Source: Raja brachyura
Taxonomy: Eukaryota
Assembly: GCA_963514005.1 (NCBI GenBank)
Contig: OY740790.1
Coordinates: 44,268,001 to 44,332,000, forward strand
Direction: 5' to 3'
DNA: 64,000 nucleotides
In this document: one piece after another, positions 23,890 to 35,640 of the stretch
Position numbering within the stretch: the stretch's first letter is position 1
Layout of the letters: every line of letters begins with the position of its first letter
Notes under the pieces: model-generated
What the model saw: the letters and a program-made list of their open reading frames with translations, nothing else
The model's database searches: none
What the model was told of the DNA's origin: nothing
Program-made: the position numbers and the translations under genes

Positions 23890-24889
23890 TAAAAAGGCAT
23901 TTACACCATATCCCAGAACACCGATCAATGTATCGGAACAATAGAGGCTGAATCATTAACTTTTTTATACTCAGCCATGAGTTGTCGTTGGGCTGAAACA
24001 AACCAATGGAAACTGATGGCTTTGTATAAAAATAATATGGAAATATCACCCCTCTGACATGTTAAATAACCCAATCATCCAGTGGGACTCAGTGACCCTG
24101 GGCTCTCTATATTCAGTTCAGGTAGTCCTTTCAGACAAGGAGGCTCAGAGGCGTAGCAGTAGGGTGGCCCATTGTAGGCTAGTTGGCTCCTGCGGTAGGA
24201 GAATCAGAGAGGATTATATGGGTGTTATCTGATAATGCAAGTGGTTCAATCTTTTATAATAAAACATGAAACGATAAAAATATAATATTTTTAAAATCCT
24301 ATTAATAACTGCGCTATTGGTGTCATTTTCAAATTGATACTATGGCAGTCACTCCACTACATTAGACTGAAGGCAAAAGAAAGGAAGCAGAGGTGAATTA
24401 TTTTTGCGGAGCAAAACAATGATATATATATAGCTGTGAAGGTATTAAAGCAGTGAATTGTCTCCAGTTTAAAATGCTGCTCAAGCCTTGGAAGATTTTC
24501 CATGCCAAAGGCATTTTATAACAAAATAGTGGAATATCTGGAATAATGCCTTGCACAGCAGCCAGAGTCTTCATAAGAGTGAGTGAGAAAATGTAAATAC
24601 AACGTTTTAAAAATACTAATCCTGTCAGAGGAAGCCAAAACAATTCCAAGCCTATATCAGTCCCTAAACCCATCCGTTTCCTGTCATTTGACACAAATCT
24701 CCATGGTAAACCTAGACGACTGTTATACAGCAGGAAAGCTTTCGGCTGTAACCCATCTCAGGGACATTCGAGCAGTTTAAAACCAAAAAATATGTCCAGT
24801 ATTTCTATGCTCTCAGCTCAGGACCACCCAGTTCCCAGTAGATGGGCAGTTTTCTGCATTTTGATTGATGATTTATTCTGTACTGCTCG

Positions 24890-25453
24890 GCCTGAACTAT
24901 CACCCAAAACGGGAGTGTCCCGGGAAGCTGCGCAGGCCCAATTCACCTGCCGAACGACCGCGCACCCACTGATGACCGAAGACCGGAATGCGCCCCGGTA
25001 GGCCAGTCTCGCCCCACAGATCTCCCAGGGGACTGCGGTGAAGCCAGGCGGCGAGGCCTGTCTGGGCCGAAGGAGCCTCAGAAGTAGTGGCGATGGGAAC
25101 CTCGGCAGTGGCGGCGGGAGCCTAGGTGGGGTGGGGCCTTGCAGTCGATGAGGGGGTGGGGGAAAGACATTGGGGATCCAGCATGGGGGACGGTGGGAGA
25201 ACAAAAGGGACCTGGTGTGGGGGAGGGGGGGGCACTTTAGTTTATAATCCTCTGCCCAGGGAATAACTTTGTGTTGTTTGTTTGTTCATTTGTTCCGTTG
25301 AAGGTGCTGTGCACACGGCAGCCAGCCAACAGTCTTTTGCCTTTTTCTTTTTTATATCACTTTTAATTTCATGTTTTTGTGTACATTGTGTGTTGTGACT
25401 GTCGGCAGACCAATTTCCCTCTGGGGATGAATAAAGTTTTATCGTATCGTATC
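24890..25453 (+). mobile_element. GC-rich retroposon (SINE or LINE 3' end) with (TATCG)n tail
   Basis: CpG-rich body, terminal hairpin TTTCCCTCTGGGGATG, AATAAAG, then TATCGTATCGTATC tail, as in Rex1/L2-type 3' ends. Left boundary approximate. Confidence 0.55.
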
Positions 25454-26202
25454 AGGTAATTATATTGCAGAGATGGTATTAAATAATAGAGAAGTATAAC
25501 GCTTATTGAGAAATTGGTCAGAGCCTGGCCTGTCAGTGGTTTGACTGGTAAGCCAGTGAGAGCAGTGGCTCTTGCAGCGTGCCATCGAATAGGCCTCACA
25601 CACTCAAGGCCGTTATCCACATCTCTGCAAAGCAGAAGGTAAGGATGGGACCTTGTTAGGCCTGGAGATCTCAGGGGAGTGTAGTGTAAAGGGCAAGGGC
25701 TTATTGATGCCAATTGATGGGTTGAGAGAGAGGGAGCAGGGAAGGTGTTAGCAGCCGGGGACTAGATCACTAATCAGGGGTTTGGTACCTTGGTGGATGT
25801 GGGAGTAGGATGGTAGGGTTGGGGACAGTGGGCTCAGAAGTCAGGAAGTAGTTTAGGTAGTGTGGAGTTAGTAGGCTTGGGAATCAGGTGGTAATGTCAG
25901 TAGTTGAGGGTGTCGGAATGGTAAGAAGTAATCAAGGCTCATTAATGTTGATAGTCGTGACAAGGGGTTTGTTCCTCCAGGGGTTATGGTTGGAGGGACG
26001 CCAGCAGTGCTCGGTTAGTAACTCCCTAAGAGGGGACCTGTGCAAGTCAGGTGTCCAGGGCCATCCTGAGATCTGATCAGATGAGCTTCATTCATTGTAT
26101 GACAGGGCAGGGTCCTCCAGGCACTGTGAACATCTGCCTCTGCATGAGTGGCCCGAGCAGGGTCTGCATCTTCCAGGGCAGCCCCAGCAGGCTTGAAAGC
26201 CA

Positions 26203-26499
26203 GGACAGCACAGTGGTGCAGTGGTAGAGTTGTTGCCTTACCATGCCTGAAACCCCAGGTTCAATCCTGTCTGTCTGTATAGAGTTTGTACATTTTCTCT
26301 GTGATCACATGGGCTTCTCTGGGTGCTCTGGTTTCTTCCCACACTCCAAAGGTGTACAGGTTTGTAGGTAAATTGGCTTCTGCAATTTTAATATATCTCA
26401 GGTGTGGATGATAGTGCTAGTGTACAAGGGATCACTGGTATGGACTCAATGGGCCGAAGGGTCTGTTTTCATGCAGTATCTCTCAAGTCTAAAGTCTAG
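26203..26499 (+). mobile_element. HE1-like SINE
   Basis: TGGTGCAGTGG A box, GTTCAATCC B box, same core, (AAGTCTA)n tail. Confidence 0.82.
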
Positions 26500-27620
26500 A
26501 CATTCTATCACATCACACAACATACTGTTACCTTTATGAAGCTTGTGAGCTTGTTTGCAGGCCCTCTCAACATAAGGTGCCCTCATGTATTGCACAGGGA
26601 CACCAGGCCAACTACGGTCCTTCCAATGGGATGCAATAAATGATTGAAGACTATCATATAGTCATACAGTATGGAAACAGACCCTTCAGCCCTACTTGTC
26701 TGTGCCAACAAAGATGCTCCATTTAAGCTAGCTCCAATTAAGCTCACCCCATATGCCCACATTTGGCCCATACCACTCTAAATCTTTCTTAGGAACATCA
26801 TTCACACGCGCATGGCAATGGAAAGCAATAGGCACATATGCAAAAATAGTCCTTACACAGACAGTGAGGTGTGCAATGGCAATGCTTAAAGGGGATTACT
26901 TTGAAAAGATTCAAGGCTGTGATGTACTGCATTTGAAACCTCCTACCTGTACCTGTTTTTACGGTGGTGCATGGTTCAATGGTTCAGTGGTTTCTTTATT
27001 GTTATGTGTACCAGGTACAGTGAAATACATTTTTTTTGCAGACAGCTCAGCAAGACTATCCCTGTACATTAGCACAATGCCCCAGGTAGTACAGAATGTA
27101 CAGAACAGCCCACTAACTCCATAATCAAGAGGTGTCATTGCCACGCCATTTTACAGTCCTAGCTGCAGCTGGCCACAAAGGCCCGTGTTTAAAATTCTTC
27201 AAAAGGAACTATTTCAACATTTCACACCCACCACCACATCTCAACTCTGACCTTGATTATTCACCATTCCATTAGCAACCCAAACACTCCCACACAGCTG
27301 CTGATCATACATTCTTCAACGTTGCAGTTTAATAAAAGCAAGTAGGTTGGATGCAGCTTTGAACCAAATATCCGTTCTTCTTCTTGTTGCGTATAGTGTG
27401 CACAGCCTAAAGTTGGAGGTCAACTTGTTGTATTTGATCTAATAGTTTGTGCACGTCGGGTTGATTACATTAGGCGAAACAGGGTGGACCACTTGAAGGT
27501 TGCAATCCCTCACCCCACCAAATATCCATTAATGAAAGCAGATCACACTCAACCAACAGTAGTGGTTAATACAACAATGTATCAAAGGTCACACCATCTG
27601 GTGTACATAATATTTAAAGG

Positions 27621-27621
<1 letters not shown>

Positions 27622-27672
<51 letters not shown>
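27622..27672. repeat. (TA)n microsatellite
   Basis: Pure TA run. Confidence 0.97.
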
Positions 27673-27676
<4 letters not shown>

Positions 27677-27895
27677 AATATTTCCAACATTGATTTACTC
27701 TGAAAAGGAACAAATCCATATTAAGTAGCAATCTCCTCATAATTATATCAATTATCTATTTCATAAATATATTTAAATGGTGGATATTTATATATAAATT
27801 CTTAGTCAACCACTGTAAGATTTAATCAATCTTCAGGATTATTTAACCTGTGACGTAATTCAATGCAAGAGTGTTTTGTTACTGCCAAGGATTTA

Positions 27896-28190
27896 CAGTG
27901 CCCCCCATAATGTTTGGGACAAAGGTACATCATTTATTTATATGGCTTTGTAATCCACAATTTGAGATTTGTAAGAGAAAAAAACACATGTGGTTAAAGT
28001 GCACATTGTCAGATTTTAATAAAGCAATTTTTATACATTTTGGTTTCACCATGTAGAAATTAGCAGTGTTTATACATAGTCCCCCCCATTTCAGGGCACC
28101 ATAATGTTTGGGACACAGCAATATCATGTAAATGAAAGTAGTCATGTTTAGAACGTTGTTGTATATCCTTTGCATGCAATGACTGCTTGG
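27896..28190 (+). mobile_element. Single end of a second Tc1-type IR/DR family
   Basis: TA|CAGTG start; direct repeat CCATAATGTTTGGGACA near 27905 and 28099; no partner TIR seen. Confidence 0.65.
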
Positions 28191-28254
28191 TCTGCAATTC
28201 AATGGTGTTATCTGAATGGCACTGCACATGGTGCAATCATCAATGAACATATTT

Positions 28255-28785
28255 ATTTCAGTATTGTGTTCAGTTCTGGGCACCATGTTATAGGAAAGAT
28301 GTTGTCAAGATGTTGTCAAGCTGAAAAGGGTACAGATTTATGAGGATGTTGCCAGGACTAGAGGGTCTGAGCTATAGGGAGAGGTTGAGTAGGCTGGAGC
28401 TCTATTCCTTGGAGTGCAAGAGGATGAGGGATGAACATTTAGAGGTGTATAAAATCACGAGAGGAATAGATCGGGTAGATGCACAGAGTCTCTTGCCCAG
28501 AGTGGGTGAATCGAGGACCAGAGGTCATAGGTTTAAGGTGAAGGGGAAAAGATTTAATAGGAATCCGAGGGGTAACTTTTTCATACAAAGGATGGTGGGT
28601 GTATGGAACAAGCTCTCAGAGGAGGCAGTTAAGGCTGGGACTATCCTAACGTTTAAGAAACAGTTAGACAGGTTTGGAGGAATATGGACCAAACATGGGC
28701 AGGTCGGACTAGTGTAGCTGGGACATGTGGGCAAGTTGGGCTGAAGAGCCCGTTTCCCCACTGTATCACTCTATGACTCTATGAC
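28255..28785 (+). mobile_element. CR1/HER1 LINE 3' fragment
   Basis: MLPGLEGLSYRERL, RTRGHRFK, FFIQRMVGVWNKL; (ACTCTATG)n tail. Confidence 0.88.
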
Positions 28786-29436
28786 CTTACACTTGGAGGA
28801 ACAGCTGAAGTTTGTTGGAACTAGGAAAGCCTGGGGATGAGGAGGACTTTCCTTAGCCAGAGGGTGGTGAATCTGCAGAATTCCTTGCCAAAGGTGGCCG
28901 TGGAGGCCAAGAGATTGGCTAGAGATTGGGTGGGTCAGAGATTGAAAGGTTCTTGATTAGTAACTGTGTCAAACGTTGTGGGGAGAGGGCAGGATAATGG
29001 GGTTGAGAGGTAAAAATCGATTAGCCATGATTGTATGGCAGAGTAGACTCGATGGGCCAAATGGCTTAATTCTCTTCCTACCTTCACTGACAAACATCTT
29101 CCATTGGGCAAGGTATAATTTCAGCCAGTGGAGGGCTTTCCTCTGATTCCCAATGAATTCAGATTTGCCGGGGCTCATTGATGCCTTACTTTATCAAATG
29201 CTGCTTTGGTGCTAAGGGCACTTACTCTCACTTCATCTGAGTTCAGCTTATATTCACTTTTGGACCAATGTATAATGTCAGGAGCTGAGTGACATTTGAC
29301 GGATTCCAAACTTGGCTTATGTGTGGAAGTGCACTTTACTGATGATGAAGACTAAAATAATGGGGCAATAATTGGCCTGGTTGGATTTGGCCTAACTGAT
29401 ATACTGTTTCCTGTTTTATCTCACCCTCCTTTCTTA

Positions 29437-29985
29437 TATAGAACATAGAAGACAGAAAAGTACAACAAAGGAACAGGTCCTTCAGTCCACAATGTCTGTG
29501 CCGAACATGATGCCAAGATTAAGTAATCTCATCTGCCTGCATATAATCAATTTCTCTCAGTGTCCTGCATATCCATGTCTATCTAAAAGCTTCTTCAAAG
29601 CAACTATCGCATCCGCCTCCACCACCACCCCTGGCAGCAAGTTCCAAGCACCTATCACCCTCTGTGCAAAAACCCTGCCGCACATTTTTCCTTTAAAATT
29701 TGCCCCTTCATCTTAAAGCTATGCCCTCTAGTACTTAACACTTCCGCCCTGAGAAAAAGATTCTGTGTACCCATGCCTCTCATCATTTTATATACCTATC
29801 AGGTCTCCCCTCAACCTCCGTGATTCCACAGAAAACAACTCTCTCCTTGCAGCTATTACCGTCTGATCCAGACATTGTTCTTTTCAATCTTTTCTGCACC
29901 TGCTCCAAAGCCTCCACATCCTTTCTGCAATGTAATACTTCAAATGCAGCCAAAACACAAATCTTATTAAGTTGCATCATGACTC
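29437..29985 (-). mobile_element. Degraded CR1 3' fragment
   Basis: KDVEALEQVQKR on the minus strand; ATAGAAC tail at the left. Confidence 0.7.
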
Positions 29986-30069
29986 TTATACTCAATATGT
30001 GGTGGTTATATTTGTTACTATCCAACCTGTGACCTTACCTTGGCCACACTAGATTCTATAAAGAAGAAA

Positions 30070-31620
30070 ATAAAGGATCAGGCAGCATCTCTGGAAAACG
30101 TGGATAGATGAATTTTGGGATTGGGAACGTTCTTCAGATTGTTCGTGAGGGGTGAGGAGGAAGAAAGCTGGAAGAGAAGAAGGGTAAGACAAAGCATGGC
30201 AGGTAATAGATGAACACAGATGAGGGAGGGTTTTGATAGGCAGATGGTTTGACAAAGACTGGAGATGAAAAAACAGATGGTGTGAAACAAAGAGATCTGA
30301 AGAATTGTGAATTGTGGAGCCAGAGGAATATCAGTGGATGTGGATGGGAGAAATAGGTGCGAGACCAGATGGGGCAAGGGGTAGGAAAAGAAAAGAGGGC
30401 ATGGGGGAGAAAGGAGAGGGGAAGCAAGGAGTTGTCAGAGGTGACTTAAAATCGGAGAATTCAATGCTTATACTTCTGGGTTGTAAGCTATCCAACTAAA
30501 ATATGAGGTGCTCTTCCTCCAGCTTGCATGTGGCCTCACTCTGGCAATAGAGGAGGCCTAGGACAGAAAAGCCAGTATTAGAATGGGGGAGTTAAAATGG
30601 TTAGCAACTAGGTGATCCAGTAGGCCTTGATGGACCGAGTGCAAGTGTTTGACGAAATGGTCGCTATGTCCAAGCTTGGCCTCACTGATGTATAGGAGGC
30701 CACATCGGGAAAACTGGATGTAGTTGATGAGGTTTGAGGAGGTGCACATGAACCTGTGTCTCACTTGGAAGGTCTGGTGGGAGCCCTGGATGCAGATGAG
30801 GGAGGAGGATTAGGGATCGGTTTTACATCTGCTTTTGTAGGAGAATGTACCTGGCAAGGGGATGGTGTGGGTGCGAAGACATGTGAACCAAAGATCAAAG
30901 AGTTGCGGAGGGAGCAGTCTACAGAAAGCGGAAAGGTGTTGAGATGGTAAGATGCTAGTGGTGGCGGGATCAAATTGGAAGTGACGGAAATATTGGACAC
31001 AAAATGCTGGAGTAACTCAGCGGGACAAACAACATCTCTGGAGAGAAGGAATGAGTGATGTTTCAGGTTGAGACCCTTCTTCAGACTGATCAAGGGGAGG
31101 ATGATATGTTGGATGCAGAGGCTGGTGGGATGTAAGGTGAGGATCAGAGGAACTCTATCCTTGTTTTGTCTAGGGGGGGTGGGAGTGTGAGTGAGAGAAC
31201 TACAGGACAGAGAGGATATGTGGGTGAGGGATCCATCCATGACAGCAGGAGGGAAACCATGTCTACTAAAGAAAGCATATCTTGGATGTCTAGAATTTAA
31301 AGCCTCATCTTAGGAGCAGATGCGGCAGAGGCAGTCGAATTGAGAGAAGGAGATAGTGTATTTGCAGGAGGCAGAGTGGGAGGAAGTGTGGTTCAGATAA
31401 CCAGGAGTTGTTAGGCTTATAGTAGATGTCAGTTGATAGTCCGTCCCCTGTGATAGAGACAGAGCATCAAGAAAGGGAAGAGATGTGTCAGAGATAGTCC
31501 AGGGGAATTTGAGGACAGGTTGGAAATTAGTGATTAAGTTGTGCAGGAGGCAGCCCCAATGCAGTTGTTGATGCAGCAAGGAAACAGTTGGGGGACAATG
31601 CCAATGTACATTTCAAAAGT
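30070..31620 (-). mobile_element. Degraded Penelope-like element with terminal repeats
   Basis: Minus-strand WTISDTSLPFLD, NKDRVPLILT.HP, LINYIQFSRCGLLYI.E and VANHFNS, homologous to 14463-16181; hammerhead-type repeats at ~30080-30140 and ~30995-31090. Confidence 0.85.
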
Positions 31621-33017
31621 GAACTTGTTGAGGGTAAGGACAAATTCAGTCAGGTAGGGGAAGCATTAGGACACAACCAGAGGGCCTTGAGACCTTCCTG
31701 GTGGGGGATGGAGGTTTAAAGGGACTGACAGGTTGATGGGAAGAATGAGGCAATGGGCGTCTTAAAATCTGAAAAATAGTGGGGCTTAAAGAATCTATCA
31801 AATTGTCGAAGATGACACCCAGAACGCCCATTATTTCCACAGTTACTACCTTCAAACCCCCTAGCATGCAGTTGATTAAGTCGAAGGGTTTTATTATATT
31901 TCATTTCTATTAATCTCTCCAATGTTGATCTTTAGCTAATTTTTTTCAGTTTCTCTTTCTTCAGTAAGTGGAGTTATTAGGATGTGCACATGAGTTTTTA
32001 CTATGATTAGTCACTCTAGAGGAACATTGATCTTATATGAGTCATATTAAATCTGCAGAAAATGGCTGTTCAATTCTTTAAAATGACATTTATTGCAGAC
32101 TGTAATGTACATCACGCTTGAGAAAACATAGAACTTCCATTTCATTCCAAATAATTGTCATGTTCCAATGCATTACAATAACTCTTCACATCATAAAGGA
32201 AATCAGACCTGCAGAAACATTAAAGTTCTTCCGTTCAGCTTATTTAACCAAAGAATTGCTTTAATTTAAAAAAAAATGTAAACAATTTTATTATAAGGTA
32301 ACCAAGAAATCAGTCATCTTACCAAATCTACAATTTTAAATTGAAGGAATTAAATATAAACAATTCTAACTAGCACATCCCTCAATGATTTCTGCATCAT
32401 GAACCAAACCTCGCTCCAGAGAGCCATCTAGCATGGAAACAAACGCTTTGCCCCAAATTGTCCATGCCGACCAAGTGCTCATCTAATCTGGTCCCATTTG
32501 CCTGTGTTTGACCCATGTCTCTTGAAACAAATGTATTTTAATTATTATTATTGTGCATGTCTCAACCACTCGTTTGATATAACCACCATCTGCTGTGTGG
32601 AAAAAGTTGCCCCACAATTTTGATTAAATCTTTCCCCTCTCACCTTAAACCTAAGCCCTCTAGTTCTTGATCCCCAAACCCTGGGAAATCTCAATGTAAC
32701 CCATTACAGCTATTTGATATGACTCCCAGTTCCACACAATTCGTAAAATACAGTCTTATCTTAATAGCCTTCTACTCTCAACACCCAATACCTGGAAAGA
32801 TGTAATTAGTGGTTGGGATTCTATGTTCTAAATAATCAAGATTGGTCGAGTTAACTGTATACCTCCTTAATAAAAGCAGTATGTAATGAATGCTTCAGGG
32901 CAATAAAGTTGCTTTCATGTGTAGACACAGCTGGCATATTGTCCCACAAAAAAACAACATGAGAAACATTTTTGATAAGATGAATATTGTCCAGGAGACA
33001 AAGTAACAATTCCTCAG

Positions 33018-33178
33018 ATAGACAGAAAAAGCTGGAGTAACTCAGTGGGCCAGGCAGCATCTCTGGAGAGAAGGAATGAAGACGGTTGAAGAAGGGTTTT
33101 GACCTGAAACGTCACCCATTCCTTCTCTTCAGAGATGCTGCCTGCCTCGCTTAGTTACTCCAGCTTTTTGTGCCTATC
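33018..33178. mobile_element. Fold-back Penelope-terminal-repeat mini-element
   Basis: ~60-bp inverted arms (33018-33078 and 33117-33178) flank TTGAAGAAGGGTTTTGACCTGAAACGTC. Confidence 0.85.
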
Positions 33179-33289
33179 TTCATAGTATCTTTGATATAAA
33201 CCAGCATGTGTATGACTGTATGTGAAAGATAATTTTGTTGTCTCTTAATTGAAGACAATGACAATAAATTAAATCAAATCAAAATGTAT

Positions 33290-34720
33290 TTTTAAAAAAA
33301 AATCTTTTTATTGGTTTTGTTTACAAATGAAAAAAAACAGCCAAAAAAATAGTGATAAACATAACAATGATATTGATACATAGGGATCAAGATACATAGG
33401 GATCTATTACATTAATAACAGGTATAACCTGATATGAGACCAATGTCAAAATAATCATTGAGTATAGACTATGTAAATATAGTTAAATCTTTAAAAGAAA
33501 ACATAAATGTAGAAAAAAATACAAAAAGAAAAAGATAAAAAGAAAAAGAAAAAATGAAAAAGCAAAAACCCCCTAAACTAAAAAAATTAATAATAAATAT
33601 AACTAAAAATAAAATAAATAAAAACTAAACAAAGCAAAACAAAATCTGAACTAAAAGTTTCAACAATTCAAGTCTGTATGGCGTCCGTTCCACCATATAA
33701 AAGTAAAATCGTTTTTATTACGGTTAAAGAGGGAGCAATTTATGTTGTTTGAAAGTGTTTAATAAATTTTCCCCAAGTCTTATCAAATTTAACCAAGGAT
33801 TCAACAATGTCACTCCTAATTTTTTCTAAATTTAAACATGATATCATTTCAGAATACCACTGGAGTGTGGTCGGAGGGTTGGAGTCCTTCCATTTAAATA
33901 AAATAGACCTTCTGGCGATTAATGTGGTAAAAGCAATCAACCGATCTGCGGAGCGAGACAAATTAATAAAATCTAACATTGGTAGCCCAAAAATTGCAGT
34001 AATAGGATGAGGTTGTAAAGCAATACCTAAGACTACAGAAATAGTATCAAAAATGTCTTTCCAATATTTTTCCAAAAGTGGGCAGGACCAAAACATATGG
34101 GTCAGAGAGGCCACTTCAGAGTTACATCTGTCACATGTAGGGTTTATATGACCATAAAAATGAGCCAACTTACCTTTTGACATATGAGCTCTGGGAACCA
34201 CCTTGAATTGTATTGCACACATTGCAGAGGTATTGACTAATTGAAGAATCCTCTCCCATTTCTCTATAGATAAAGAAGTTTGGAGTTCTCTTTCCCAGTC
34301 ATTCTTAATTTTATCAAATGTATCTATTTGTAATTTCAAAATCAACTCATAAATAGTCATTATTAATCCTTTCTGATACGGGTTCAGCTGTAAAAAAAAT
34401 CCAAAATTTCGGTTTGATGTGGTAGCAGAAAAAGGGAGCCTTCAAAAAGTGTCTAATTTGTAAATATCTAAAAAAGTGTGAATTAGGTAAGTTACATATA
34501 TTGGAGAGTTGTTCGAAAGACATAAAACAACCCTGCAAAAACAAATCACGAAAAGCTACTAAACCCTTCCTCTTCCATAACAAAAAGACTTGATCAGTAC
34601 TAGATGGTTGGAAGAGAAAATTGGATAAAATTGGATAAAATAGGACTCAATAAGATAAAATCATTTAGTCCAAAAAACTTACGAAATTGAAACCATATTC
34701 GGAGCGTATGTCTTATTATT
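33290..34720 (-). mobile_element. L1-clade LINE 3' fragment
   Basis: ORF2 C-terminus with CDRC...SLTHMFWSC zinc knuckle, NLPNSHFFRYLQIR, LEKI and W..F; T-rich 3' UTR and AATAAA; same family as 58173-62885. Confidence 0.9.
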
Positions 34721-34859
34721 GGGTTGCAGAAGGGTTTCGACCCTTTCCTTCCTCCATAGATGCTGCCTCACCCGCTGAGTTTCTCCAGCATTTTTCTCTA
34801 CCTTACGTTTTTCCAGCATCTGCAGTTCCTTCTTAAACATCTGCAGTTCCTTCTGCTTC

Positions 34860-35640
34860 CTGGCGTCCTCTAGGTGTGAAAGCCGGCACTTATGAGAGTG
34901 GCAGAGGGAGGGGAAGGGAGGGGCAGGAGGTTCAAGGAGGTTCAAGGGGGTTCAAGGGCCTGCTGCCGGGTGACGGGCATGGTTCGTTGCCGGGAGTGGT
35001 GTGTTTAGGTGCAGTACGGTAGAGAGGGGCGGAGGCTGTGGCGGTGCCGTTTTCGCCGCACTGTCTCGTTCATTCATTCATGGCTGCAGGTGGAAGTGAG
35101 GAGGTGCGGGCGGGCGGGCGGTAGAAGGGAATGATGCGGGCAGCCCCCTGAGCTGGCTTGAACTCGCACCGTTTAGACACCCACCGGCGATCGCTTGCTG
35201 TGCCATGGAGGAGAGTGCGAGCGAGGCGCTGCCCGAGCTGAAGGATCTGGAGCACAAGGTGGGACGGAAGACGCCCGACGGCTTGCTGCGCTGGCTGCGG
35301 GAGGACTCGGCACCGGCGCCCGGGGACAAGGCGGATTCTGCTGGCCCCGGGAGCAGCGGCGAGCCGGTGTCCGCTCCGGACACACGCCAGTCTCAGGGGC
35401 TGGCGGAGAAGATCCGAGTGCTGAGGCTGGAAATGGTGAGGCGGGGAGGAGGGAGGTGCACGATCGCTGATCCGGTTGTTATCCTGCCCCCACCCCACTG
35501 TCGCTCGGACCGTCCGATCTTCAAGCCCCGGGGCTGCCCCGACTGTAACCTCCCACTTGTCACAGGGAAGTGTCTGCCCCATCAGCTGTGTCCCTTCACC
35601 CGGCTTGTTGGATTCGCACAGTCGGGGGGATTGGGACCCG
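34860..35640 (+). promoter_or_regulatory. CpG island / promoter of LURAP1
   Basis: Sharp rise in GC and CpG, GGGGCGG box near 35026, spanning the first coding exon. Confidence 0.75.
35205..35435 (+). CDS. LURAP1: LURAP1 (leucine-rich adaptor protein 1) exon 1
   Basis: GCCATGG Kozak; LPELKDLEHKVGRKTPDGLLRWLR...LAEKIRVLRLEM resembles the LURAP1 N-terminus as recalled; phase-0 donor ATG|GTGAGG at 35436. Confidence 0.92.
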
